A stretch of DNA of 64,000 bases from Nitrososphaerota archaeon. Lineage in GTDB: Archaea > Thermoproteota > Nitrososphaeria_A > Caldarchaeales > Calditenuaceae. Where the stretch lies: NCBI GenBank assembly GCA_041641295.1, contig JBEPYO010000001.1:256001-320000 (forward strand), given 5' to 3'. Under the pieces are notes generated by a model, which ran no database searches, was not told the DNA's origin, and saw only the letters and a program-made list of their open reading frames with translations. Below, piece by piece: positions 19,285 through 28,791 of this stretch; position 1 is the first letter of the stretch; each line of letters begins with the position of its first letter. Both the position numbers and the translations under genes were made by a program.

Positions 19285-20028
19285 TTGATCCAGATCATCC
19301 CTGTTGAGGGGATGAAAATTATAGCGCCGGGGGATAGGCTGGGGGTTGAGATTGTAAATGCTTTAGCGGGGCGCGGGATTCGGCCGGTTGATGGAGACAT
19401 AGTCGTGGTTAGTCATGTGGTGGTTGCAAAGGCGGAGGGCAGAATATACCGGCTCTCAGAGATAACGCCCAGCCCCCAAGCAATAGAGCTGGCCCGCATC
19501 ACTAACAAGGACCCAGCACACATAGAGGTCATTCTGAGAGAGGCGAAAAGAATAGTCAGGGTCAGGGGCGAGGTCTTGATCACCGAGACTAGACACGGCT
19601 TGATATGCGCGAACAGCGGAGTAGACCTCTCAAATGTAGGCGAGGGGTGGGCGGCTACACTACCCGAGGACCCTGACGCCTCTGCAAGAAGAATCAGGAA
19701 AGAAATCGAGGAAGCTACTGGCGCGAAGGTTGCGGTGATAATTTGTGACTCGCATGGCAGACCGTTTAGACGCGGAGCAGTGAACATCGCGATAGGTTGC
19801 AGCGGCATCGAGCCGATATGGGATAGGCGCGGAGAGCCCGACCTCTTCGGCCGCATACTCAGGAGTAAGCAGATCTGCGTAGCGGATGAGCTGGCTTCTG
19901 CAGCTGAGCTGGCCATGGGGCAGGCGGGTGAGGGAATACCTGCCGTACTCATACGCGGATACAAGTATAAGACAGGTGAGACGGGAGCCTCTCAAATAAT
20001 TAGGCCCAAGGAGGAGAGCCTATTCTAG
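19285..20028 (+). CDS. cofE: Coenzyme F420-0:L-glutamate ligase
   Basis: VVAKAEG, CANSGVD.SN, LPEDPD.SA, DSHGRPFR.G and ADELASAA. TTG 19285 gives MIQIIPVEG; the track start is 19240. Confidence 0.93.
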   Translation: MIQIIPVEGMKIIAPGDRLGVEIVNALAGRGIRPVDGDIVVVSHVVVAKAEGRIYRLSEITPSPQAIELARITNKDPAHIEVILREAKRIVRVRGEVLITETRHGLICANSGVDLSNVGEGWAATLPEDPDASARRIRKEIEEATGAKVAVIICDSHGRPFRRGAVNIAIGCSGIEPIWDRRGEPDLFGRILRSKQICVADELASAAELAMGQAGEGIPAVLIRGYKYKTGETGASQIIRPKEESLF

Positions 20029-20047
20029 GCCTTTTGACCGAGGCTAG

Positions 20048-20767
20048 ATGAGGCGAGACAACATGCCCGCGCTAACCACCATAGACTTGAGAGTCTTAAG
20101 AGCGGTCCTGAAACACAACACCATCAATCCGTCAACAATATCCCTTGAGACTCAACTAGCTGAGGGGATAGTTAGAGAAGCTCTACAACGCTTGGGCTTA
20201 ACGGGGGAGGGTGGACTAAATAGGGATAGAATGGTGGAGGTGGCAGTAGAGTGGCTGGAGAAGAACCGGTCCTTCGAAGAGGTTTCCAAAAGCCTTACGT
20301 GGGACCTTTTCGAGACCCTCATAGCCAGGATATTGGAGGCGGCAGGCCTGTACGCTAAGAGAAATATCACGGTAACCGTCGGTAGAAGGAGGGCTCAGCT
20401 GGACGTGATTGCCTTGAGAGATTATACCGTGTATCTGCTCGAGTGTAAGAGGTGGATGAGGAGCGTGTCGGGAAGCCTAGCCCAGACTGAGGCTAAAAAA
20501 CTGAGGGAGAGGGCTGAGATCTTCTGCCAAGCCCTCTTAAAACTCCACGGCACGGGGCCAGTTACACACTATGTAGTCCCTGTACTAGTCTCGCCCTACG
20601 CATCCCCCACCGTCTCTGATGTATTCATATCCCCCTTCAGGTCTCTGGTCAGCCTCTTCTCTGAGCATCCTGCAACACTCCCCTCACCCCCCACCACCGT
20701 ATTGAAACTAGGGCGAAGACTATCGCCCCAACACCTGGATTCTGGGAGGATAAAGGCCGACCCCTAA
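20048..20767 (+). CDS. HTH plus PD-(D/E)xK (Mrr/restriction endonuclease-like) protein
   Basis: W..FE..IA.IL, QLDVIA and LECKRW, with a helical N-terminus. Confidence 0.75.
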   Translation: MRRDNMPALTTIDLRVLRAVLKHNTINPSTISLETQLAEGIVREALQRLGLTGEGGLNRDRMVEVAVEWLEKNRSFEEVSKSLTWDLFETLIARILEAAGLYAKRNITVTVGRRRAQLDVIALRDYTVYLLECKRWMRSVSGSLAQTEAKKLRERAEIFCQALLKLHGTGPVTHYVVPVLVSPYASPTVSDVFISPFRSLVSLFSEHPATLPSPPTTVLKLGRRLSPQHLDSGRIKADP

Positions 20768-20838
20768 TAGACAGGCTGCAGCGTTAAACAATCTACTCAT
20801 TTAAACACATATATAATGAGGCGAATACGTATTGTTGG

Positions 20839-21417
20839 ATGCAGATGTACCGATCCACACTCTCCGTTAATGGTGAGATAGCTAAGGAGCTGCTTGCACT
20901 GGCTAAGGAGAAGAACATGACTTTATTCGCCCTCACCAACCAGATCCTCGAGACAGCGATACTTCTTATGAAGATGGGTGTGGATTTTCAGGCGTTAAGA
21001 AACCTTGTGAGTGTGTTGAAGATTTTGAGGGATGTTGATGCAGTAGTCATACCATCAGACTTTCTCGACAAATTGATCTACGAGCTTTACAAGAATAATC
21101 AAAAGGAGCTTCTAAACTCCTTCAAACAGCTCGGAATGGAATTGGCCGAATACTTCAAGCTAGAGGCGATGGATATTGAGAAGCTAGTCACTCTAGCCCA
21201 GACACTCTCAACCCTCCTACCCCTAAAGAGGGTTAGTCTGCGACGGCTCAACCACACAACATACGAGCTGAGCGCCGTCGGCGTCGGAGGTAGGATCGAG
21301 TCCACAAACTGTGTCTACCACTTCATAGAGGGCGTGCTAGAAAAGTACGGACTCGAGATCCAAGACAAGACCATCAGTAAGGGCCTAGTTAATGTAAAGT
21401 TCGCTGAGAAGTTTTAG
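20839..21417 (+). CDS. Hypothetical regulator: N-terminal RHH-like plus V4R-like domain
   Basis: STLSV......L...A......L.......L pattern; C-terminal G.ELA and FIEGVL pattern. Inferred. Confidence 0.55.
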   Translation: MQMYRSTLSVNGEIAKELLALAKEKNMTLFALTNQILETAILLMKMGVDFQALRNLVSVLKILRDVDAVVIPSDFLDKLIYELYKNNQKELLNSFKQLGMELAEYFKLEAMDIEKLVTLAQTLSTLLPLKRVSLRRLNHTTYELSAVGVGGRIESTNCVYHFIEGVLEKYGLEIQDKTISKGLVNVKFAEKF

Positions 21418-21442
21418 CCTCTGCTCCTCCCACCACAGTTTA

Positions 21443-21865
21443 TTAGACCGCTACCCTGTGGGCGCCTATAATGTCTAGCAGAGCCTTAATACAGTTTCTT
21501 TCAGTTATTATACCCTCAAGCATTCCATTACTTATTACTGGAACTCGTCTAATATTTTTCTCAACCATCTTGGCTAGCACTTCAACGAGTGGTGTTTCAG
21601 GTGTGCAAGTAATGAGTTCTTTACTCATCACGTCCCTGACTAGGGTGGAGAGGAGGTCTTCAGGCCCCTTCCCCCATAGCAGGCTTCTCAGAATGTCCCT
21701 CTCGGTTACTATGCCCACAGGCCTGTTCCCTTCCACGACAACTAAGGCACCAATACCCCTAGACATCATGAGTTCTAGGGCGGTCCAAGCGGTATCGTCA
21801 GGCCGAACGGTGACTACGAAAGGATTCATTACATCCTTTGCCTTAATTATATGCTCCCCAACCAC
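21443..21865 (-). CDS. CBS-pair protein
   Basis: Two CBS repeats (GIVTERD, GIITERN, IRRVPV). Confidence 0.92.
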   Translation of the reverse strand: MVGEHIIKAKDVMNPFVVTVRPDDTAWTALELMMSRGIGALVVVEGNRPVGIVTERDILRSLLWGKGPEDLLSTLVRDVMSKELITCTPETPLVEVLAKMVEKNIRRVPVISNGMLEGIITERNCIKALLDIIGAHRVAV

Positions 21866-21950
21866 TTCAATAATGGCACACTAGGGAGGCTTAAAAAGAT
21901 TCTCTGCCACGATTAATTTAAGTAGGGAGACCCACAGGGGTAGTGGACAG

Positions 21951-22790
21951 ATGCATGTTAGGGTCGCGCTTATCCAGATGAGGATGTCAGAGGACGTTGG
22001 AAAGAATATTGAGAGGGCTATGCTCTTCCTCGAGGAGGCCGCCAAGGATGGGGCGGATATTGCCTGTCTACCAGAGCTATTCACCACAACTTATTTTCCT
22101 CAGACACTCGGTGTCGAGGCCCCCCACTGCGAAGAGGTTCCGGGCAGATTGTCGGAGACTATATCGGAGCTGGCGAGAAAGCATGACCTTGTAGTCGTGG
22201 CAGGCTCAGTACCAGAGTCAAGCGGCGGCGCCCTGTATAACACGTCCTTTGTCATTGACTCGGCCGGACGATACGTGGGCAAGTACAGAAAGATGCATCT
22301 CCCGGACGATGAATGCTTCTGGGAGGCCCACTACTTCACAGCAGGCGACCTAGGATACAATGTATTTGAAACATCTCTCTGTAGGGTTGGTGTGCTGATC
22401 TGTTATGACCAGTGGTTTCCTGAGCCAGCGCGGATACTCGCTCTAAAGGGTGCGGAGATTATCTTCTACCCCTCAGCCATCGGCTCAGTCTCGGGAATAT
22501 CTCAGGAGGAGGGAGACTGGGCTGAGGCTTGGGAAACCGTCCAGAGAGGGCATGCGATAGCCAACGCACTGCCCGTGGCCGTCACCAACCGCGTAGGGGT
22601 GGAGGGCAGGATAGAGTTCTGGGGCAGGTCACTCCTCATAGATGCTTTCGGAAAAGTTGTAGTCAGAGCTGACAGGGAAGAGGGCGTCTTCACAGGCAAG
22701 ATAGACTTGGAGCAGGGGCCGGCCATCAGGAGGGGCTGGGGCTTCCTTTCTAAGAGAAGGCCCGAGACCTATGGTGATTTAACGCGATGA
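21951..22790 (+). CDS. aguB: N-carbamoylputrescine amidase (nitrilase family)
   Basis: E-K-C triad (PELF, YRKMH, ICYDQWFPE), RGHAIAN and RRPETY. Overlaps aguA. Confidence 0.88.
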   Translation: MHVRVALIQMRMSEDVGKNIERAMLFLEEAAKDGADIACLPELFTTTYFPQTLGVEAPHCEEVPGRLSETISELARKHDLVVVAGSVPESSGGALYNTSFVIDSAGRYVGKYRKMHLPDDECFWEAHYFTAGDLGYNVFETSLCRVGVLICYDQWFPEPARILALKGAEIIFYPSAIGSVSGISQEEGDWAEAWETVQRGHAIANALPVAVTNRVGVEGRIEFWGRSLLIDAFGKVVVRADREEGVFTGKIDLEQGPAIRRGWGFLSKRRPETYGDLTR

Positions 22791-23830
22791 CACGAGGCGA
22801 GGGGGATAGGTTGAGAGCCCCCGCAGAATGGGAGAGGCATAGCTGCACTTGGATTGCCTGGCCCCACAACGAGTCGACCTTTCCACCCCAGCTGATTGAG
22901 AAGGTTGAGGAAGCTTACTGCGAAATGGTCTACGAGGTCGCGAGAGGTGAGCTCGTCAAAATCCTCGTAAATGACGAGAGTGAGGCAGAGAAGGTTCAGA
23001 AACTCCTAGAAGAGGCTGGACCCTCGATGGGGAATGTGGAATTCCATAAAGTCCATACAGAGGATGTCTGGGTAAGAGATTATGGACCTATATTCGTTCG
23101 GGATGAGGGCTTGGATGTTCTAGTAGGCGTCAAGTGGAAGTTCAACGCGTGGGGAATGAAATATCCTGAACTCGCAAAAGATGACGAGGCCGGACGCCAA
23201 ATTCTCAACCTCTCAGGAGCCGAGCCCATATACCGCGAATACGTGGTTGAGGGAGGAGCTATTGAAGTCTCGGGCAACGGGATACTTCTAACCACTGAGA
23301 AATGCCTCCTCGACCCAGCCAGAAACCCGGGGCTAAGCCGGGAGGACTTGGAGCTGGAGTTCAACAGATATCTCGGAGTACGTGATGTAATTTGGTTCGA
23401 AGAGGGGCTGGTGGGGGACGACACGGATGGGCATGTGGATGTCTTCTGCAGATTTGTCTCGCCGGAAAAAGTCGTGTTAGCCGAGGAGGAACGGGAAAAT
23501 GTGAATAAGAGGATTCTTGAGAGGGCGTACCGGAGACTCGCCGAATATATGGAGAGTAGGGAGGCCGGTATAGAGATTGTGAGGGTTCCATGCCCACCTC
23601 CTCTCAAGATATTAGACCAATACGTCCCCGCCACCTATCTCAACTTCTACATCTCCAACTCCGCCGTCCTGGTACCGGTTTTCGGCGTGGAGGAGGATGA
23701 GACAGCGTTGTCCATCCTAGCCGACTGCTTCCCCCATAGGCGCGTAGTCGGGATTCTGTGCAAGGAGCTTTTCTACGGTTTGGGCGGGATACACTGTGTT
23801 ACGATGCAACAGCCCTCAATAGAGGGTTGA
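22787..23830 (+). CDS. aguA: Agmatine deiminase
   Basis: PAEWE, WVRDYGP, FNAWG, EGG, DDTDGHVD, TY.NFY and GGIHCVT.Q.P. Confidence 0.93.
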   Translation: MTRGEGDRLRAPAEWERHSCTWIAWPHNESTFPPQLIEKVEEAYCEMVYEVARGELVKILVNDESEAEKVQKLLEEAGPSMGNVEFHKVHTEDVWVRDYGPIFVRDEGLDVLVGVKWKFNAWGMKYPELAKDDEAGRQILNLSGAEPIYREYVVEGGAIEVSGNGILLTTEKCLLDPARNPGLSREDLELEFNRYLGVRDVIWFEEGLVGDDTDGHVDVFCRFVSPEKVVLAEEERENVNKRILERAYRRLAEYMESREAGIEIVRVPCPPPLKILDQYVPATYLNFYISNSAVLVPVFGVEEDETALSILADCFPHRRVVGILCKELFYGLGGIHCVTMQQPSIEG

Positions 23831-23836
23831 AAATTC

Positions 23837-24556
23837 CTAAGAAGAGAATGTGACGAGGCTCTTTAGTACGCCGGAGGGTGGGAGGAGCTGCCCAATCCTC
23901 TCTTTCACCTCCTCGAGCATCACGATTGTGAAGACACCAGCCAGTTTTGCCCCCGCCCTATTCACTATACGAATCATTCCATGGATTGTTTCACCGCTAC
24001 GGGCCACGTCGTCAACAATCAATACAACGTCGCTCTTCCTCAAAGCCTGCCTAGGCACGTAGAGGTACTCCACCAGCGCTGGCGTACGCTTTATCGGCTC
24101 CTCAATGTAGCTCTTAACGTTCAGGTCCTTTCTCTTCTTAGCGATTATTAGGTCGGCCCTCAACTCGGTGGCAACTTGGACCGCAAGTGGTATGCCGTCA
24201 GTGGCTACGGTGAGCAGCTTGTTTATTGAGAAGACGTTGAACTCGGCGCTTACTACCTTTGCGATGAGGCGGAGCAGACCCACATCCGCTACTATGGCGG
24301 ATAGGTCGTAGAATCCATCCTCCGTTCTGGTCAGCCTCTTCTTTACTATCTCGGAGAGCAGGGACTCGTTGAATAGCCTGACAATCTTCTCGGCCCTAGC
24401 TGTGTTTGGTAGGACATGACCGTTTATGTATCTGCTGAGAATAGAGACTTGGAGGCCGAGCATCTCGGAGAGCGACTTGTATCCATACCTCTCCCGAAGA
24501 TAGGCTAATACCTCAACTGCGCTTAGCCTCAGATACAAGTCCGAAATCTTTGTCAA
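23837..24556 (-). CDS. HTH-phosphoribosyltransferase (PurR/Apt-like) regulator
   Basis: N-terminal HTH (LSRYINGHVLP) followed by ATDGIP and the PRPP loop IVDDVARSGET. Confidence 0.85.
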   Translation of the reverse strand: MTKISDLYLRLSAVEVLAYLRERYGYKSLSEMLGLQVSILSRYINGHVLPNTARAEKIVRLFNESLLSEIVKKRLTRTEDGFYDLSAIVADVGLLRLIAKVVSAEFNVFSINKLLTVATDGIPLAVQVATELRADLIIAKKRKDLNVKSYIEEPIKRTPALVEYLYVPRQALRKSDVVLIVDDVARSGETIHGMIRIVNRAGAKLAGVFTIVMLEEVKERIGQLLPPSGVLKSLVTFSS

Positions 24557-24571
24557 CCACCGACCGACTCA

Positions 24572-24602
24572 TCATGAAACTCGGATTTAAGCTTTCATGA
24601 AA
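24572..24602. promoter_or_regulatory. TCATGAAA and TTTCATGAAA motifs flanking the TATA box of the HTH-PRT gene
   Basis: Copies at 24572-24579 and 24593-24602 (the second is a perfect palindrome) flank minus-strand TTAAATCC. Confidence 0.45.
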
Positions 24603-24669
24603 TACTGGTCAATTCGCAGAGAACACTATACTCGAAAGATAATTATGCTGCCTGATTCTTAAAAAATGT

Positions 24670-25575
24670 GTGAAGTTAGAAGGGTTCAAGGGTGTAATAG
24701 CCGCGATCATTACCCCTAACGGCGTCGAAGATGCGGATATCGAGGCATATCTGAGGTTTCTACATGAGAGGGGTGTGGGCGGGATATTCGTGCTGGGGAC
24801 GATGGGTGAGGGCGCGAAGCTCTCAGTCCAAGCTAGGGAGAACGCGGCTAAAAAGATCGTCTCTCTCGCAGGGGACAGATTCTTAAAAATAGTTCACGTG
24901 GGCTCTTCAGACTTGGAATCATCCTTGAGACTCGCTAAACACGCGCAAGAAATCGGGGCCGATGCCGTCTCCGCCGTCGCACCATACTATTACAGGTATG
25001 ATGCGGAATCCCTAGCAAATTTCTACACGGCTCTCGGATCCTCCACAAATCTACCAGTACTATTCTACAACAACCCCGGCAGGCAGGCCTACCCGATAAG
25101 TCTTCAGGAGATTGCGAGGCTTTTCGAGCTGGCCCCAGCTGTACGAGGCGTCAAGGATAGCAGTGGAGACCCTGACCTGATTCTTGAGCTCCAGTCCAGC
25201 TTCGGGTCCAGCCACTTCATAGCATGTGGTGGAGACAACCTCCTCTACTACGCTTTCTCGATCGGCATCAGGGCCCACGTGAGCGCCTTAGCATCCATCT
25301 ATCCGGAGCTGGCCGTGGGTGTCTTTAGGGCGGTTGCGCGTGGAGACCGCGAAGAAGCGCTGAGGCTTCAGCTGGCCGTTAACAGGGCTAGGCGGTTGTT
25401 GAGGAGCGTAGGGCCGGACACGGCATCCTACCGCTACGCACTCACACTGAGAGGCTTAAACATGGGTCCACCCATACCGCCCACGAGGCATCTACGACAG
25501 GAGGAGATGGAGCAACTGTCCCGGGGGCTCGCTCCCATTAACAAGTTGGCGGAGGATGTGGCTAGACTTGGCTGA
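24670..25575 (+). CDS. DHDPS/KD(P)G aldolase family protein
   Basis: GTMGEG, APYYY, YNNP and GVKDSSG (Schiff-base Lys). Adjacent to the KDG kinase. Confidence 0.85.
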   Translation: MKLEGFKGVIAAIITPNGVEDADIEAYLRFLHERGVGGIFVLGTMGEGAKLSVQARENAAKKIVSLAGDRFLKIVHVGSSDLESSLRLAKHAQEIGADAVSAVAPYYYRYDAESLANFYTALGSSTNLPVLFYNNPGRQAYPISLQEIARLFELAPAVRGVKDSSGDPDLILELQSSFGSSHFIACGGDNLLYYAFSIGIRAHVSALASIYPELAVGVFRAVARGDREEALRLQLAVNRARRLLRSVGPDTASYRYALTLRGLNMGPPIPPTRHLRQEEMEQLSRGLAPINKLAEDVARLG

Positions 25576-26521
25576 GCTAGTCGCGATGGGGGAGGCCCTC
25601 ATACAGTTTAACGCCCTCACCAAGGGACCGCTTAGACACGTTACTTTGTTTGAGAAGCACGTTGCAGGAGCAGAGGCGAACGTGGCGGTCTGCGTGAGCA
25701 GGCTGGGAAGGAGCTCAGCCTTCATCGGAAGAGTAGGTGATGACGAGTTCGGCAGGAACATCGAGGCCTGGCTGAGGGCTGAGAAGGTCGATACGAGGTG
25801 GCTTAAGACGGATCCCAGCGCGCCGACTGGAATCTACTTTGTGCAGCGAGGATACCCAATACCGGCAAGAAGTACCATGTTTTATTACAGGCGCGGCTCT
25901 GCCGGGAGCAGGCTCTCGCCGGAAGACGTCGAGGAGGAGGCGTTTAAAGACTCGAGAATATTTCACTTCACTGGAATCACACCTGCGCTGAGCCAGTCGG
26001 CGAGGGAGGCGTGCCTCAAGGCCCTGCAGCTGGCGGAGAAAAACGGTGTCCAAGTCTCCATAGACACCAATATCCGTCCAGCCTTGTGGCCCAGCCTAGA
26101 GGAAGCTGCTAGGGTTTTGATGCCAATGATTGAGAAGGCGAACATTCTTTTCACAGACCCGACAGACGCCGAGATTCTGGTGGGTGAGAGCGAGCCCGAG
26201 AAGATATTGGAGGTCTTTAGAAGCCTCGGCATAGAGACTGTAGTGGTAAAGCTGGGGGAGAGGGGGGCTGTTGCCGCATCTGGAAGTGAGAAGGCTCGTG
26301 CCGAGGCAGTCCAAGTCAACGTAGAAGACCCCATAGGCGCTGGAGACGGGTTGGCTGGGACGTTCCTAGCATGCTTGCTGGCGGGCCGAAACCTGTTCGA
26401 ATCCTTGAGAAGGGCCACTCTTGTCGGCTCACTAGTCACTACCGTGAGAGGTGACCAAGAGATGATTCCCATACTCAAGGACCTTGAGGCCGTCTACCGA
26501 TACTACTATCCCTATCCCTGA
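25556..26521 (+). CDS. kdgK: 2-keto-3-deoxygluconate kinase (PfkB family)
   Basis: AGAEANVA, YYRRGSAGS, TGITPALS, D.NIRP.LW and DPIGAGD. Confidence 0.85.
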   Translation: MWLDLAELVAMGEALIQFNALTKGPLRHVTLFEKHVAGAEANVAVCVSRLGRSSAFIGRVGDDEFGRNIEAWLRAEKVDTRWLKTDPSAPTGIYFVQRGYPIPARSTMFYYRRGSAGSRLSPEDVEEEAFKDSRIFHFTGITPALSQSAREACLKALQLAEKNGVQVSIDTNIRPALWPSLEEAARVLMPMIEKANILFTDPTDAEILVGESEPEKILEVFRSLGIETVVVKLGERGAVAASGSEKARAEAVQVNVEDPIGAGDGLAGTFLACLLAGRNLFESLRRATLVGSLVTTVRGDQEMIPILKDLEAVYRYYYPYP

Positions 26522-26574
26522 ACACGAGCCTCGCGGCGACTAAAAATAGTCGTCTAACGTTTTTCACCACAGAG

Positions 26575-27984
26575 TTGACAAGGCTACAGGAGGTTTTAGC
26601 CAAGGCGGCGGAGCTGGTAGAGCCCACTGAGCCGGAGAGGAGCCGCGTCTCTGAGCTGGCGGCCAAGCTCCTCTCAGCCTGTAGGCAGGAGTTCTTGGGA
26701 CGGGAAGGGGTGGTTGATGTCTCCATAGAAGGGTCGGTGGCAAAGGACACGTGGGTCAAGGGGAGGGAGGAGGTTGACGTCTTTATCCACTTCACACCCA
26801 GTGCGGGTAGGGAGAGGCTGGAGTCAACTATTCTGGAGCTGGGGCGCAGGGTTATTGAGGCGCTCGGCGGAAGGCACTGGCTCAGATACGCCAGCCATCC
26901 ATATGTTGAGGGCATGGTTGAGGGTATCCGCGTCAACATCGTCGGATGTTTCAAGACCGAGCCTGGCCGCTGGATTAGTGCCGTCGACAGAACCCACTAC
27001 CACACAGAGTTTGTAAGGTCGCGAATAACCCCCCAGCTCAGACGCGACATACGTCTCTTCAAGGGCTTCTTGATGGGGTGTGGACTTTACGGGGCGGAGA
27101 TCAGGGTTGAGGGCTTCAGCGGATATCTCTCAGAGCTCCTAGTCATTAGTCATGGCGGATTCGTCGAGTTGTTGAAGAAAGCCGCGGAATGGCGAATACC
27201 GGCTTTCGTCGACTTGACCGGTAGAGTCAGGCGTGAAGACGCGCTCAGGCTCTTCCCCAATGCCGCCCTTATATTCCCTGACCCAGTAGACCCCGCCCGA
27301 AACGTAGCAGCAGCCGTGAGCAAGACAAAGCTCGCAGAGCTAATTCTGGCGTCCAAGCTCTTCCTGAGAGAGCCAAGCATCCAATACTTCATGCCCGAAG
27401 CCCTCAAACCCCCATATGAGGGGGACTGGCGCGACAGCCACGAGCTCCTCGGAATCATCTTCCGAGTTGAGGAGCGGCCTCCTGACATACTTTGGGGGGA
27501 GATCAAGCACACCCTTAACGGGGTTTCGAGGCGGCTGGTGAAGGAGGGGTTTCAAGTCTACAGGGCAGCGGCCGCCCAGTCGGGCGAGGAGGTTCTTCTA
27601 CTCTTCGAGCTCTCGAGCCTCTCTCTTCCACCACTCGAGCTGCGGATGGGACCACCCGTCTGGCTTGACAACGCAATAGACTTTGTGAGGAAGACTCTCA
27701 GCAGGGAGGAGAGGGTTGCGGGACCGTGGGTAGATGGTGAGAGACTTTACGCCCTCTTCAGGAGGAAAAACGTCAACGCCGATGAACTATTGAGGGAGTG
27801 GATTAGGAGAGGGGAGGTAGCCATATCGCGCGAGTTGGCAGACAGTTTGAGGGAGGCTGAGATACTGACCAGTAGAAGCGGCCTAATCGACAGAATTAGA
27901 CATAGCGAGGATTTTAGAGTGTTTCTGAAAAACTTCCTCGACGGTGTAGCTACACCTCTCAGACACTTCGCGAAGAAATGCTAA
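26575..27984 (+). CDS. cca: Archaeal class I CCA-adding enzyme
   Basis: GSVAKDTW...EVD, YASHPY, SAVDRT, YGAE, GFSGYLSELL and DPVDP.RN. Confidence 0.95.
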   Translation: MTRLQEVLAKAAELVEPTEPERSRVSELAAKLLSACRQEFLGREGVVDVSIEGSVAKDTWVKGREEVDVFIHFTPSAGRERLESTILELGRRVIEALGGRHWLRYASHPYVEGMVEGIRVNIVGCFKTEPGRWISAVDRTHYHTEFVRSRITPQLRRDIRLFKGFLMGCGLYGAEIRVEGFSGYLSELLVISHGGFVELLKKAAEWRIPAFVDLTGRVRREDALRLFPNAALIFPDPVDPARNVAAAVSKTKLAELILASKLFLREPSIQYFMPEALKPPYEGDWRDSHELLGIIFRVEERPPDILWGEIKHTLNGVSRRLVKEGFQVYRAAAAQSGEEVLLLFELSSLSLPPLELRMGPPVWLDNAIDFVRKTLSREERVAGPWVDGERLYALFRRKNVNADELLREWIRRGEVAISRELADSLREAEILTSRSGLIDRIRHSEDFRVFLKNFLDGVATPLRHFAKKC

Positions 27985-28706
27985 AGATCGAAGAACTGAG
28001 AAGAAATCACCACCTCTTGCTACAGCTCTCCTACCCATCTCCAGACCCCGACTACGCAGCGCTAGTGTTGGGAGCGCTCGAAGAGCTTGGTGTTGAGGCC
28101 CTGGAGCTGGAAAACCCTGAGAGACTGAGACTGATCGGTAAAGGGTTCAGAAATATTGTCTTGGTCGGGTTTAGAGGTATGGTGAGGGTGGCTCTTAAGG
28201 TGAGGAGACTCGACTATGCCGTTAAGTCAACCTTTCGTGAGGCGTATATGCTTGAACAGGCTAACAGGGTGGGTGTTGGCCCCAAGCTCTTAGGGCACAG
28301 AGATCCAGTCTTAGTCATGAGCCTAGTCGAGGGTGTAGACCTGACCAAGTGGCTACTCCACTCAAACCCACCCAGCAGTGCCGCCAGGCACACACTATTG
28401 GAAGTTGCGATGCAGTGCCACAGGCTCGACAGGGCTCGGATAGACCATAGAGAGCTGAGCGACGCAAGCAAGCATGTGATAGTCACGCAGGGTGGGCCTG
28501 TCATTATAGATTTCGGCTCAGCCGGATTTTCAAGCCGTCCAAAAAACCTGACCTCATTCATAAACTACATCAGCTCAAAAGAGCTTGAGAAGGTGAGGCG
28601 GGACCTCGGTCTGGGCTGGGTGGAGAGGCAGACCCTAAGGCGGTATAAGGAGACATATTCGGGTGAGGATTTCGAGGAACTCCTCTCAGAAATGAAGCTC
28701 CTCTGA
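27978..28706 (+). CDS. Atypical Ser/Thr protein kinase (RIO/Bud32-like)
   Basis: IGKG, ALKVRR, GVGP.L, DH.ELS and IIDFGSA. Confidence 0.8.
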   Translation: MLKIEELRRNHHLLLQLSYPSPDPDYAALVLGALEELGVEALELENPERLRLIGKGFRNIVLVGFRGMVRVALKVRRLDYAVKSTFREAYMLEQANRVGVGPKLLGHRDPVLVMSLVEGVDLTKWLLHSNPPSSAARHTLLEVAMQCHRLDRARIDHRELSDASKHVIVTQGGPVIIDFGSAGFSSRPKNLTSFINYISSKELEKVRRDLGLGWVERQTLRRYKETYSGEDFEELLSEMKLL

Positions 28707-28791
28707 CTACTATGAGTCTCTTTTTTGGTGAAGGAGACTAACAGCTAAATAGGACGCTAGGTCATGGGTTTTCGAGGTGCCCTAATTTATT

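Noticed and set aside
28715-28739. Hairpin AGTCTCTTT...AAGGAGACT after the kinase gene
   Set aside because: It may be an ordinary terminator, but the evidence is too weak to call.
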